Of a stretch of DNA of 64,000 nt, positions 1 to 8,597 are shown piece after piece. Source of the stretch: a virus; IMG/VR virus record IMGVR_UViG_3300008952_000030, positions 12,426 through 76,425 of that record. The stretch is one strand, 5' to 3'. Positions within the stretch are counted from its first letter, which is position 1. Each line of letters starts with the position of its first letter. Position numbers and translations under genes: made by a program. The notes under the pieces are model-generated. The model was not told the origin of the DNA. It did not search any database and was given only the letters and a program-made list of their open reading frames with translations.

Positions 1-156
1 GAGTAAAACTCTTGAGCTATTTCCACCAGTCTTTCGCGAGCTTCTTCATTTAGCTGCCCCCTATTCCAGAATTTGGAATTAAGTTTATCTTTTATGGTTA
101 ACTTTGAGCGATCGAAATCTTGTTCTGTAAGATACTTGCCCCATTTTCTGTTAAAA

Positions 157-1146
157 TCAGTCATTTTCAAATATTTCCTGCGCTATTTTTTCGTATTTGT
201 TGGGATTTTTAATATTCTTTACCTGTCTCATCTTGTGTTCTGAGTGTTCAGAGCTTAATTTTATCTTACCAATTGGCAATTCCGCCTTGTAGTACTTCTT
301 GCTACCGACATCCTTCACTTTTTCAACGTTGTTTATCGACAGTCCAGTCTCTTCTTTCACCTCTCTTCGAAGTCCGTCCAAGATGTCTTCCCCTTCGTGC
401 ACGTGGCCACCAGGCAAGTCCCACTCTCCGGCATGTTTTTTAACATACGCCGTTCGTTTAAGAAACAAAACCTTCTGATCTTCGCCGACAAGAATCACTT
501 TAGCCACTATTTTGCTGTCCTCTTTCGCTTCAGATAGAGTGCCTTTCCAGAACTGCCCATGAAAATGCCTGCCAGCTCTATCTAAATTCGCAAAGTATCC
601 TTGTCCTATCATACTATTGACAACGCTGAAATTTAACCCTAGCATGCTAGCAAGGATTATCCTACCAGATCTGCCATTGCCGTCGTCGAAGGGGTGTATT
701 AATTCGTATACAGTGTGAGCTTGGAACTCTCTACCGCTCCAATCTTGACTAATCCACCAATCAAGAGCCTCTGGGATATCTTCCGGATTAACGTATTTGG
801 TACCGTGTTCAGATTGTGCACCTCCAGTTCTTAGCATACCAGGCGCCCCAGCATCTAAAGCTCCTGCTCCCATCGCTCTATGTACATGGAGTATATCAGA
901 AATTTCCGATATTCCCCCTTTGGCTTGCTCTAAACCTGCTAGATGAGAGAATATATGAGGATTTTGTGTAACATACCTAAGAGGATATCCCTGTTCTTTA
1001 CCCTCTATCGCTTCAAGTACTTCTTCCGGAGAGACATCATACCCTTCTATTTTATTCGATTGTACGATAAAAGAGACAAGCTCGCTGTTGCTAGCTTCGG
1101 ACTCCTCTTTAACAAACTTTCGCCAACTTTCTAATATGAGTTTCAT
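157..1146 (-). CDS. Fic (AMPylase-family) domain fused to a Nudix hydrolase domain, with N-terminal leader
   Basis: Fic motif HPFDDGNGRSGR; Nudix box GGHVHEGEDILDGLRREVKEETGL (GX5EX7REUXEEXGU); leader MKLILESWRKFVKEE. Confidence 0.9.
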   Translation of the reverse strand: MKLILESWRKFVKEESEASNSELVSFIVQSNKIEGYDVSPEEVLEAIEGKEQGYPLRYVTQNPHIFSHLAGLEQAKGGISEISDILHVHRAMGAGALDAGAPGMLRTGGAQSEHGTKYVNPEDIPEALDWWISQDWSGREFQAHTVYELIHPFDDGNGRSGRIILASMLGLNFSVVNSMIGQGYFANLDRAGRHFHGQFWKGTLSEAKEDSKIVAKVILVGEDQKVLFLKRTAYVKKHAGEWDLPGGHVHEGEDILDGLRREVKEETGLSINNVEKVKDVGSKKYYKAELPIGKIKLSSEHSEHKMRQVKNIKNPNKYEKIAQEIFEND

Positions 1147-1150
1147 ACAA

Positions 1151-1158
1151 TAAATAGT
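1151..1158 (-). promoter_or_regulatory. ACTANTTA putative late promoter (one of 10 exact copies)
   Basis: ACTATTTA lies 4 nt upstream of the ATG. The same motif precedes starts at 3056, 4272, 5460, 6716, 27449, 32501, 35302, 37992 and 40133. Confidence 0.65.
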
Positions 1159-1160
1159 AT

Positions 1161-1334
1161 TTAAATATCTATTATAATAACTCTTTTCTCTGGCTTCTTT
1201 TCAGTTTTCGGTTTCGGCACTGGAGGCGCCGGAGGCGGAGGACGAACACGTGGCTGCTTTCGTGGTGTTTCAGCTTCTTTCTTCTTTATCTTTTGCTTGA
1301 TGCTGCGTATTAAAATATCAATGATGTCTATCAT
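1161..1334 (-). CDS. 57-aa Pro/Lys-rich hypothetical protein (not in ORF track)
   Basis: Hand translation MIDIIDILIRS...PPPPAPPVPKPKTEKKPEKRVIIIDI*; GGAG SD; fills the gap between genes. Confidence 0.6.
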   Translation of the reverse strand: MIDIIDILIRSIKQKIKKKEAETPRKQPRVRPPPPAPPVPKPKTEKKPEKRVIIIDI

Positions 1335-1347
1335 GACTCCACCCCCC

Positions 1348-1761
1348 TTAGCAATCTATATTGTCTGTTATATATCTACCATTTATCCAAGCTTGACAGT
1401 ATGGGCCCACGTCATGTTTGACATTCTTAATTATCCACAAAACCTCATCAATCGCAGAAACTTGGATTACCAGTATCTTGCTTTCCCACATTTCTTCTTC
1501 TGGTAAGACAAATCCCATTTTAGTCAACATTTCAACGTGCTTACCTGGATCGTGCATAACAACAATGTTTTCTCCTGGATGCATCATGTCTAACCAAGTT
1601 TGCACCAAATCATGCTGACTGACAGTGTAAGACATGTGCATTATATTATTTGATAGATCTATCATGATATCCTTATTTAGAGTGTTTGTCTGCAACAGAT
1701 TGAGCTGCCCAACTATCAGGTTTAACCTTACATTCAAAGCCTGCGCCGGTAACATACCCAC
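1348..1761 (-). CDS. hypothetical protein (true start probably internal, near 1664)
   Basis: ORF in the co-directional gene string. Confidence 0.55.
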   Translation of the reverse strand: MGMLPAQALNVRLNLIVGQLNLLQTNTLNKDIMIDLSNNIMHMSYTVSQHDLVQTWLDMMHPGENIVVMHDPGKHVEMLTKMGFVLPEEEMWESKILVIQVSAIDEVLWIIKNVKHDVGPYCQAWINGRYITDNIDC

Positions 1762-2161
1762 TCAACATATCGGCAAAACTGGAAGTTGCAGCCTTTGCAT
1801 GAAAAGGAGAGACGTCGATGTGAAGCTCTATGCTAGATGGCTCGAGCTTATGCGTATTCATAAAATATTCACCAATCTCGACTGAGCGTCTCACTTCTTC
1901 GGTTATCCGATACACCAACACGTTAAACTTCTTTTTTGGAAGATACTCCTTGTGAAAGAAGTAGCGGCCGCCATTACCATCTCCATAAAGACATATCGCT
2001 GTTGCAAAATTAACTTTGTTTTTAGATATAAAAGAGTCGGATCCAACAAAAAGTTTCCCACCGTCGGAAATACAAGACTTTACCTTCTTAACTATCTCTT
2101 CGAAAGTAATGCTGCGATCGGATCCGGTGTGCCATTTGAACTGTTCGAGGGCATGTAACAT
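1673..2161 (-). CDS. RNase H-like YkuK/DUF458 family protein
   Basis: VGSDS...EEVRRS...IELHIDV...KPDSWAAQSVADKHSK pattern. Confidence 0.8.
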   Translation of the reverse strand: MLHALEQFKWHTGSDRSITFEEIVKKVKSCISDGGKLFVGSDSFISKNKVNFATAICLYGDGNGGRYFFHKEYLPKKKFNVLVYRITEEVRRSVEIGEYFMNTHKLEPSSIELHIDVSPFHAKAATSSFADMLSGYVTGAGFECKVKPDSWAAQSVADKHSK

Positions 2162-2182
2162 ATGTGTTATATTACATTAATT

Positions 2183-2515
2183 TTAATCATTTTTAAATAT
2201 CTTTTCGATATGAATCATGAGTATGTTTCGAACCTCAGAATCGTCTGTGATATCTTCCATCATATCTAGCAAGAATTCTGAATTTTCTGCAGCTGCCAGA
2301 GTCATAGCTCTGAGCACAATATTGCGAAAATGTTCACTGTTTTCTTCTCGCTGGGGATTCAAGGAGTCCAAGACTTTTCCCCATGATATTTCACGTTCTG
2401 CTTCTTTTTCCACTGCATCATCAATATAAGAAGCAGAATCTGGAGTTTTAGCATTAGCCATATCATACATGGCTTCTTTTATAAGATATTTTAGCGTGTC
2501 CTTCGTTATGTTCAC
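2183..2515 (-). CDS. putative virion/internal protein with leader
   Basis: N-terminus MNITKDTLKYLIKEA. Confidence 0.6.
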   Translation of the reverse strand: MNITKDTLKYLIKEAMYDMANAKTPDSASYIDDAVEKEAEREISWGKVLDSLNPQREENSEHFRNIVLRAMTLAAAENSEFLLDMMEDITDDSEVRNILMIHIEKIFKND

Positions 2516-2530
2516 GATAATTGCTCCTGA

Positions 2531-3022
2531 CTACTTACGCTTGATTGTTTTAAGCTCTTGTTGCACCATCTTTTTAAGAATAGACGTGAAATCATTATTT
2601 TCAGCTAGAGCAGCTGGATCGATATCCTCTGGTGATGGCAAATCAGGTGCACCAACGGGCTCTTCCGGAACATCTACTGCCGGCTCTTCAGCAGGGCCAG
2701 CGTCCTTTTCAGCTTTAGCTAGTCGGCTCTGGATAAGGGTGCGGAACGCCTGCAGCTCGTCTACAGTATCCAATCCGATGGCTTGCAATATGAGAGTGTA
2801 TACATTTGCCTTTATTTGCGGAGACTTTTGACTCTCAATAGCGTCAGCGAGTGAATTGAGTATCTCACTTGCTCTGGGTATATTAAGAACTCTCTTGACT
2901 TCTCCTGGAAGTGAAGTAGACGCCATACCAACCACGTCAGGTGCTTCTTCCTCGCTCATATTAAAGCGATTTTCCAGCGTCTCTCTTATCATATTCTCAA
3001 GTGTTTTCTTGGTAATTTTCAT
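2531..3022 (-). CDS. putative virion/internal or scaffold-like acidic protein with leader
   Basis: MKITKKTLENMIRET, C-terminal LKKMVQQEL; ACTAGTTA at 3056-3063. Confidence 0.65.
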   Translation of the reverse strand: MKITKKTLENMIRETLENRFNMSEEEAPDVVGMASTSLPGEVKRVLNIPRASEILNSLADAIESQKSPQIKANVYTLILQAIGLDTVDELQAFRTLIQSRLAKAEKDAGPAEEPAVDVPEEPVGAPDLPSPEDIDPAALAENNDFTSILKKMVQQELKTIKRK

Positions 3023-3093
3023 AGTACTATGAACTCCTTTTCAATATTGATATAATAACTAGTTTGTTTTTTTGTAATATTGAAGAAAATTGA

Positions 3094-3348
3094 TTATCGA
3101 AGGGACATGTCCTTTTTGGTGTCGCGAAGCTTGGGCATAAAATCTTTCTTTAATTTCAAAAGCCTTTGAAACTTAACTTTCTGTCGAGCATCTACCCACA
3201 ACACTTTTGGTTTTCGGACTTTGCCGTCGATAAGTAAATCATCGAAGTTGTAGAATTTTGTTTTGGTGCCTTCGTTTTGTGCAGACACAGGGATAGGCAC
3301 GAAGGTGAGGATAAGTATAAGCGTTAATATATTAACGCCCCACTTCAT
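3094..3348 (-). CDS. secreted CglF/GltF-like (myxobacterial gliding-motility family) small protein
   Basis: Signal peptide, then KTKFYNFDDLLIDGKVRKP...KFQRLLKLKKDFMPKL; resembles the CglF pattern F.D..I.G...KP...F..L...R..F.P.L from memory. Confidence 0.6.
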   Translation of the reverse strand: MKWGVNILTLILILTFVPIPVSAQNEGTKTKFYNFDDLLIDGKVRKPKVLWVDARQKVKFQRLLKLKKDFMPKLRDTKKDMSLR

Positions 3349-3656
3349 ATCCTCGCTTTGCCTGACACAATGTCATTAATAGATCCGCGACGAACATCAG
3401 CCAAAGCTGCATATAAATCAGATTCGAGCCTGTCGAGAGCTTCTTGACTAGGATCGAACTGATACAAGGCTTCCAAGATAGCATTAACCCCCAATTGAAT
3501 TGCTTCAGCGGCGTCGTGGTGTGTTGAAAAGTCCTCTTCTGGCTCCCAACTAGTAGCCTCTTCGCCTTCCAAGTCTGAAAAGTCATCAGGTGTATACTCT
3601 TCCAATATTCGAGCTACTTCCTCCTGAATCATTTGAAATATTTTTTCTTTTTTCAT
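3345..3656 (-). CDS. acidic putative virion protein with leader
   Basis: MKKEKIFQMIQEEV. Confidence 0.6.
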   Translation of the reverse strand: MKKEKIFQMIQEEVARILEEYTPDDFSDLEGEEATSWEPEEDFSTHHDAAEAIQLGVNAILEALYQFDPSQEALDRLESDLYAALADVRRGSINDIVSGKARI

Positions 3657-3814
3657 TTTTCTTCTCCAAGCTCTTCATGAAATGCAGCAAGTATCGCTGC
3701 GGTGATATCATCGATATGTTCTTCTTCAATTGATTCTTTCATTTCCCAAAAGTTTCGCAATGCTTCTGATGCTGTTAATTTATCTTTTTCAAGCTCAATA
3801 CATATGATGCACAT
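3653..3814 (-). CDS. 53-aa hypothetical protein (not in ORF track)
   Basis: Hand translation MCIICIELEKDKLTASEALRNFWEM...; ATGA overlap with the next gene. Confidence 0.65.
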   Translation of the reverse strand: MCIICIELEKDKLTASEALRNFWEMKESIEEEHIDDITAAILAAFHEELGEEK

Positions 3815-3815
3815 A

Positions 3816-4247
3816 TTATTCTCCTAGCCAGTCATGAAAGAAGTCCGTTTGCGCCCACTGTACAGCAGATCTGCCTTGCCCCCACGATGGCAATCCCCAA
3901 TCTTTGTAATTCTCGAGGAAAGCAGAAGAACGCGGAGGCATGTTTGACGTCAAGATTCCAGTACTACCAAACCACTTGCCGTGCACGAATTCACGCATGC
4001 GAAAGAACGCGGCGTTATCGGGACCCGAACCCCACTCCCCCTTTCGGACAACTTCATCAGCATGCTGCAGCATTTTCCGCATATCTGCGACAAACAGCTC
4101 AGCAATCTTTCGGGTAGTTTTATCAGCTAGCGCGAATTGATTACTGGGTCCGTTGAACCAGAAGTCCCGCCACATGTCAGCAGCAGGAACATCAACACCA
4201 AGTTCTTCGCGGATAATTTTTTTAATATAGGAGGTTTTGAGTTTCAT
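3816..4247 (-). CDS. putative virion protein with leader
   Basis: MKLKTSYIKKIIREEL; ACTATTTA at 4272-4279. Confidence 0.65.
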   Translation of the reverse strand: MKLKTSYIKKIIREELGVDVPAADMWRDFWFNGPSNQFALADKTTRKIAELFVADMRKMLQHADEVVRKGEWGSGPDNAAFFRMREFVHGKWFGSTGILTSNMPPRSSAFLENYKDWGLPSWGQGRSAVQWAQTDFFHDWLGE

Positions 4248-4289
4248 ACATGGGTTCCTTAAGTTATGTTATAAATAGTCACGAAAATC

Positions 4290-4466
4290 TCATTTTTTTC
4301 GCGGGGAAATTTTTTTATGTCCACATCTGCACTTTTTGACTCTTTTTTCCAAAATAGTGACTTTTGCCTCGAGATCGGAGATGCTATCGGACATTGAATA
4401 GTACGTACCGCCCATTGCAATGCTTAAAGTAACAATTGTTATAAGGGTGCCAATTTCAATCTTCAT
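4290..4466 (-). CDS. 58-aa protein with one TM helix and a coiled coil (not in ORF track)
   Basis: Hand translation MKIEIGTLITIVTLSIAMGGTYYSMSDSISDLEAKVTILEKRV...; ATGA overlap. Confidence 0.6.
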   Translation of the reverse strand: MKIEIGTLITIVTLSIAMGGTYYSMSDSISDLEAKVTILEKRVKKCRCGHKKISPRKK

Positions 4467-4696
4467 GATGAATTTCCTCGATAATAAAATTCTTTACCAT
4501 CCGATGCAGCGATAGTTGTGTTGTGCATGTTGAATGATTTTGTTTTTCTTTGCTTTTCAAGCTCTTTGAGAAGTGCCCCGTTTTGCTCTTCGAATTGCTT
4601 AATGGCGTTATTGATTAGCTTAACATGTGCATATACCAAGCACGCTGTCCACAACACCATTATAACACAATGCGATATAATCAAGAACGTTGACAT
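4463..4696 (-). CDS. protein with one TM helix and a coiled coil
   Basis: Hydrophobic N-terminus followed by a charged helix. Confidence 0.55.
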   Translation of the reverse strand: MSTFLIISHCVIMVLWTACLVYAHVKLINNAIKQFEEQNGALLKELEKQRKTKSFNMHNTTIAASDGKEFYYRGNSS

Positions 4697-4724
4697 GGAA
4701 ATAACTATAAGTCAATTAAATTAA

Positions 4725-5084
4725 TTAAGCCATTTTCGTTGCACGCCGCAGACGAAGCGGCAGCGCTTTTGCGTCAGGATCAGCTCCAGGACGCAGAGGG
4801 CGAGGAACAGGAGTCTTGGCAGCCTCCTTTTTGTCAATTATGGTTTTAACAAGAGAGATGGCTTCAGACAATATATTGCTTACTTGAGAATATTCAGGTT
4901 CACTAAACTGCCACCCGCTGCGTCTATCGACATACTTCTTAATAACTTCGAAAGCATATATGCATTCTTTATCTTCAGTGATGACGTCGATGTTGTAGGC
5001 ACCAATAAGTTGAGAGGCACCGGCTTCATTGAGATACTTGCCGATTTCTTCAGAAATTATAATTTGAAGTTGCTTAGGTGTCAT
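4725..5084 (-). CDS. putative virion protein with leader
   Basis: Start re-assigned to MTPKQLQIIISEEI, immediately after the upstream stop. Confidence 0.6.
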   Translation of the reverse strand: MTPKQLQIIISEEIGKYLNEAGASQLIGAYNIDVITEDKECIYAFEVIKKYVDRRSGWQFSEPEYSQVSNILSEAISLVKTIIDKKEAAKTPVPRPLRPGADPDAKALPLRLRRATKMA

Positions 5085-5085
5085 C

Positions 5086-5430
5086 TTAACCGAGCCTGTC
5101 TCTAATAACGCCGGCGATATCACTCAATAAACCGGAAACATCATCTTTGAGGCGTTGACGTGATTCAGGAGATGAAACTTGGTTCATTGCAGCTTCAATC
5201 TCGTCGCTGCCGTCCTTAACAACTTTTTGAAGCTCAGGATCCTCTCGTACTTGCTTGGCAATGCTTTTGCCCAGAAAAGCCTTAACAAGCCAGTAAGCCA
5301 GGCCAAGTCCGAAAACAGTACTAAAGAAGCCTTCTTCGAGGTTTTCGTTCTCTTCGACGTGGTTGTTAATCTCTTCAGCAATAATTTCTTCATTGATGAT
5401 ATCGCGCAATTTTGATTCTGTGAGTTTCAT
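5086..5430 (-). CDS. putative virion protein with leader and hydrophobic segment
   Basis: MKLTESKLRDIINEEI...LEEGFFSTVFGLGLAYWLV; ACTACTTA at 5460-5467. Confidence 0.65.
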   Translation of the reverse strand: MKLTESKLRDIINEEIIAEEINNHVEENENLEEGFFSTVFGLGLAYWLVKAFLGKSIAKQVREDPELQKVVKDGSDEIEAAMNQVSSPESRQRLKDDVSGLLSDIAGVIRDRLG

Positions 5431-5466
5431 AATGCTATAGCTCCCTTTTGCGTATAGTGTAAGTAG

Positions 5467-5907
5467 TTATTTAATTTTGATATTCAGCAAAAGATAGACA
5501 GTTATTGCTCCGGGCCCAGATCTGACGTCAATGATTGTATTATCTGAACCCAATATCAGCATTGTTGGTACTGCATTAATGCCATAAAAGCTAGCTACTG
5601 AATTAACCCAGGGTTCATCGATGTTGACGTTTTCAACTGCATTGTGGAGTTCACCCTCGCGCAGAGCGCGGCGCAAAAACTTGCAAGCTTCACACCACTC
5701 AGCGCCAAAAACCAAATATTTTTTGCCGGGTTTTTTAAGCGCTTCCCTTAATCTAGCTTCGTTTGTCCATCTAGGTTTTTCTTTTTTGATTTCTTTGCCG
5801 AAGTACGTAACAGTAAGCTCGGCGTTTCTAGGTGTTGGTGGGGTGCTGCCGCAGCTAGCTATAGCCATAGCCATTATTGCAATCATTGCTGCAATAGCTA
5901 TTCTCAT
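5467..5907 (-). CDS. thioredoxin-family lipoprotein
   Basis: Lipobox IASC; FGAEWCEAC active site; cis-Pro motif AVPT. Confidence 0.8.
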   Translation of the reverse strand: MRIAIAAMIAIMAMAIASCGSTPPTPRNAELTVTYFGKEIKKEKPRWTNEARLREALKKPGKKYLVFGAEWCEACKFLRRALREGELHNAVENVNIDEPWVNSVASFYGINAVPTMLILGSDNTIIDVRSGPGAITVYLLLNIKIK

Positions 5908-6692
5908 GCATCATCCTCGCCAATATGTGCAGTTATCTCTTCCTGTATCATTGCAATAATATTTTTCTCTGTTATCTTCATACGCCCTTCGAAACGTTGT
6001 CCGCGCGCTGCCATACCTAATCGTAATACCCTACCGGCAGCCTGATTAGCGTTCCATGCTGAATTAATTTCGAAATCTCTTTTTGCTTTCTTTCTAGCTG
6101 CAGCAGCTGCTTTAATTCCCTCTGGCGAGTGTTTGTACAAGTACGGCACTACTATTCTATGTCTATACGCTAGTTCGTATGTTTTAAGGCTTAGCTTTAT
6201 AAAGAAGTACTCGTCGCGCAGCTTGCTGTGTGGCATTGCCTCCTGATAAGCCCTATTAGCTGCAGCTCGATCTCCGGTGGCTTCAAGCACTGTGTCATGT
6301 ATGGCAGAGTGTATAGCGTCTATTCCTGCAACCATACCGGCTAGCTCCGATATCTTTGTATCTATCTCTTGCACGACATCATGTCCGCGTCCCGAAAAGG
6401 CGCCTCTACCGGTAGCTTTGGTGATAGCGTCGAATCCGGCTCTGCCGCCCATCGCCATGGCGCCACTCTCCGGTGCGTTCCTGCCACCAAGCGGCTCTAG
6501 AGGCTGCGCAGCATCAATAACGTCCTGCATAAGCTCTTCTAAGCTCTTGCCCTTTTCCGGCTCTTTTTCTCCAAACCCTAACATGCTCTTAATTGAATCC
6601 ATCCACCCTTCGGTTGTTAGATTCTTCTCTTTAAGCTCTTTTGTGAATTCTTCAAGTATTATGCTTTGCAGCTGCTTTTTATTAATTTTCAT
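5904..6692 (-). CDS. putative virion protein with leader motif at both ends
   Basis: MKINKKQLQSIILEEF and C-terminal MKITEKNIIAMIQEEI; ACTAGTTA at 6716-6723. Confidence 0.65.
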   Translation of the reverse strand: MKINKKQLQSIILEEFTKELKEKNLTTEGWMDSIKSMLGFGEKEPEKGKSLEELMQDVIDAAQPLEPLGGRNAPESGAMAMGGRAGFDAITKATGRGAFSGRGHDVVQEIDTKISELAGMVAGIDAIHSAIHDTVLEATGDRAAANRAYQEAMPHSKLRDEYFFIKLSLKTYELAYRHRIVVPYLYKHSPEGIKAAAAARKKAKRDFEINSAWNANQAAGRVLRLGMAARGQRFEGRMKITEKNIIAMIQEEITAHIGEDDA

Positions 6693-6800
6693 GGCGCCTC
6701 CCAATAATCGTAATATAACTAGTTTACCTATCCCTTAAATCTCGAAATTTCTCAGCGCTATTGAACGTGTCCTTAGCGCGCTCAGATGCGCTATAGGCGC

Positions 6801-6839
6801 GGGTGGGACTTATATTCCGGGTACGGGGGGGGAGGGGGG
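6801..6839. other. G-tract cluster (GGG-GGG-GGG-G8-G6) in a non-coding module boundary
   Basis: gggtgggacttatattccgggtacggggggggagggggg. Confidence 0.7.
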
Positions 6840-6870
6840 TGTGCCGTTTAAAGGCTCACAGAAAAATGAT

Positions 6871-7110
6871 TTAAAGCCCTAGCGCTAGGAGAAGCGCAGC
6901 GTGTGGATCGCTTGGCTTGCTGGTAGGTGCTGGCTTGCTCTCCTCTACTATAGGGAAAGCTAACCCTTCATCAACTGGGTTGATGTCTTCGCTGTCATCG
7001 TCTAACATGGATAGAAAGAAATCATTGCGTTCTGAATATTTATCTTTTATTTTTTCTTCCTTGTCTCGGATTCTTTGCATTGCTTCGCGCATCTTATGTA
7101 CCCCTATCAA
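6871..7110 (-). CDS. hypothetical protein
   Basis: ORF in the gene string. Confidence 0.5.
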   Translation of the reverse strand: MIGVHKMREAMQRIRDKEEKIKDKYSERNDFFLSMLDDDSEDINPVDEGLAFPIVEESKPAPTSKPSDPHAALLLALGL

Positions 7111-7229
7111 TTAAACCAAGCGTAATACACGATAGCGATTAAGCTACCAACGAGCGCGCCATCGATTAGCAAGTTGAGAGGCGCGCGGGCTGCCTGACGT
7201 CTGAAATACGTTTTAACACTGTCGAACAT
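7107..7229 (-). CDS. 40-aa single-TM protein (not in ORF track)
   Basis: Hand translation MFDSVKTYFRRQAARAPLNLLIDGALVGSLIAIVYYAWFN*. Confidence 0.5.
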   Translation of the reverse strand: MFDSVKTYFRRQAARAPLNLLIDGALVGSLIAIVYYAWFN

Positions 7230-7239
7230 GTTATATCCA

Positions 7240-7386
7240 TTAATACGCGTAATACGCAACGATCCAGTAGAATAGAATCAAAGGTATCGTACCGATGATA
7301 ACGGACAGGCTCAACAATTTGATAGCTTGCGCGATGTCTTCGGCGAGCTGCTCAACCTTATCGCTGTCATAGCTTTGACGCTTCAT
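7240..7386 (-). CDS. small single-TM protein
   Basis: MKRQSYDS... with GGGGA SD; hydrophobic C-terminus. Confidence 0.5.
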   Translation of the reverse strand: MKRQSYDSDKVEQLAEDIAQAIKLLSLSVIIGTIPLILFYWIVAYYAY

Positions 7387-7495
7387 GATATCCCCCGTTA
7401 GAAAGTTAACGCTTAAATTAAGTGTTGTCAAGTGTTATGCGGTGGTGTATAAGGACATTCAGTGACAATCACCACAACACTCAACCTTTAAAAAC

Positions 7496-7524
7496 ATTCT
7501 ACCAATTAAACGGTATAAAGTCAA
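7496..7524 (-). promoter_or_regulatory. sigma70-type promoter
   Basis: TTGACT-17-TAGAAT. Confidence 0.65.
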
Positions 7525-7617
7525 GAATATAATACAACCATAAGCACAAATGCAAAAAAAACATTTAAAGCCTATTACGGACTACCACGAATCGATACCA
7601 TAGGGTTAACCATCACT

Positions 7618-7824
7618 TTAAAGAGAAGCTAGTGTGAGAACCGCAGCACGCTGAAAGGTGTCATCGTCCTTACAGGGCTTAAGCGCGTCCTTGATACGTG
7701 CTACCGCTGCATAGTCGCGCATGCTGTATGCCATCGTAAGGGAACGCTTGGCGTACTTCCTTTGCTCCCTTGTAATAGCGTGAGGTGTAGCGCATCCACA
7801 TTTAACAGTATAGGGGTTGTTCAT
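7618..7824 (-). CDS. hypothetical early protein
   Basis: ORF downstream of TTGACA-18-TATAGT (7873-7902). Confidence 0.55.
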   Translation of the reverse strand: MNNPYTVKCGCATPHAITREQRKYAKRSLTMAYSMRDYAAVARIKDALKPCKDDDTFQRAAVLTLASL

Positions 7825-8105
7825 GCTGAACCTTTCTTATTTATTGTTCCTGTTCTCTCAACCTCTATACACACTATATCAGAGGCGAACTGCCCTTGTC
7901 AAGCGGTTTCTTTCACGATTAATATAAAGTCTCATTCTCTCGCGCTTCCTTGTTCGCGCTGCCCTGCTCATATAAGCATTAGGCATTGCGTTGAGAGGAT
8001 TCAACGAAGGTTCGCCGGTTGTTCGTTCGCCAGTGTCTCGCATGTTTTAACCCTTCTTTGTTTTCTTCCATACCTTCGATAAACTCGTTCGCTTCTTGCG
8101 TCGAC

Positions 8106-8327
8106 TCATTGCGCGCCCCCTGCATAATATGCGTCGATATCGTTCAACTCGTGTTGAACCTGGCGCAACGTGTTCTCGACTGCAATCATGGCATCGATTG
8201 AGCGCCCGGCGTGTCGGTTGCTGTCGATTAGATAGTCGATGAACTGAGTCAGCTCGAAAGCGGCGTGCATGCGGCTCGCGGCGTCGTTCGCCGGCGTGTC
8301 AATGGTTGTAGCATGCTGGTTAATCAT
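8106..8327 (-). CDS. hypothetical protein
   Basis: Start re-assigned to MINQHATT. Confidence 0.55.
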   Translation of the reverse strand: MINQHATTIDTPANDAASRMHAAFELTQFIDYLIDSNRHAGRSIDAMIAVENTLRQVQHELNDIDAYYAGGAQ

Positions 8328-8460
8328 CTTTGATGTCCTTCGTGTCGAGTTCTTCAAGTTGCGTGATGTCCAGCTCTTCACTGTCATCGACGTCGATCGC
8401 GGGGCTCTCATCGTCGTCACCATAGGAACGAATACGACTATAATCATCCTCGCTGAACAT
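8320..8460 (-). CDS. 46-aa very acidic peptide (not in ORF track)
   Basis: Hand translation MFSEDDYSRIRSYGDDDESPAIDVDDSEELDITQLEELDTKDIKDD*. Confidence 0.5.
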   Translation of the reverse strand: MFSEDDYSRIRSYGDDDESPAIDVDDSEELDITQLEELDTKDIKDD

Positions 8461-8501
8461 GTCAAATAAATCCTTCAAAAGCTCTCTCTCCTCTTGTTAT
8501 T

Positions 8502-8533
8502 AAAAATGATGTCTGCCCTACCTCTCAGACATC
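8502..8533 (-). terminator. intrinsic terminator
   Basis: GATGTCTG-N10-CAGACATC followed by ATTTTT. Confidence 0.65.
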
Positions 8534-8597
8534 TTGACGCTGTGCGTCTCCACTTGCGACGGGCGGGACAGTTTGCCGCAAGAACATCGCGAGCGGT

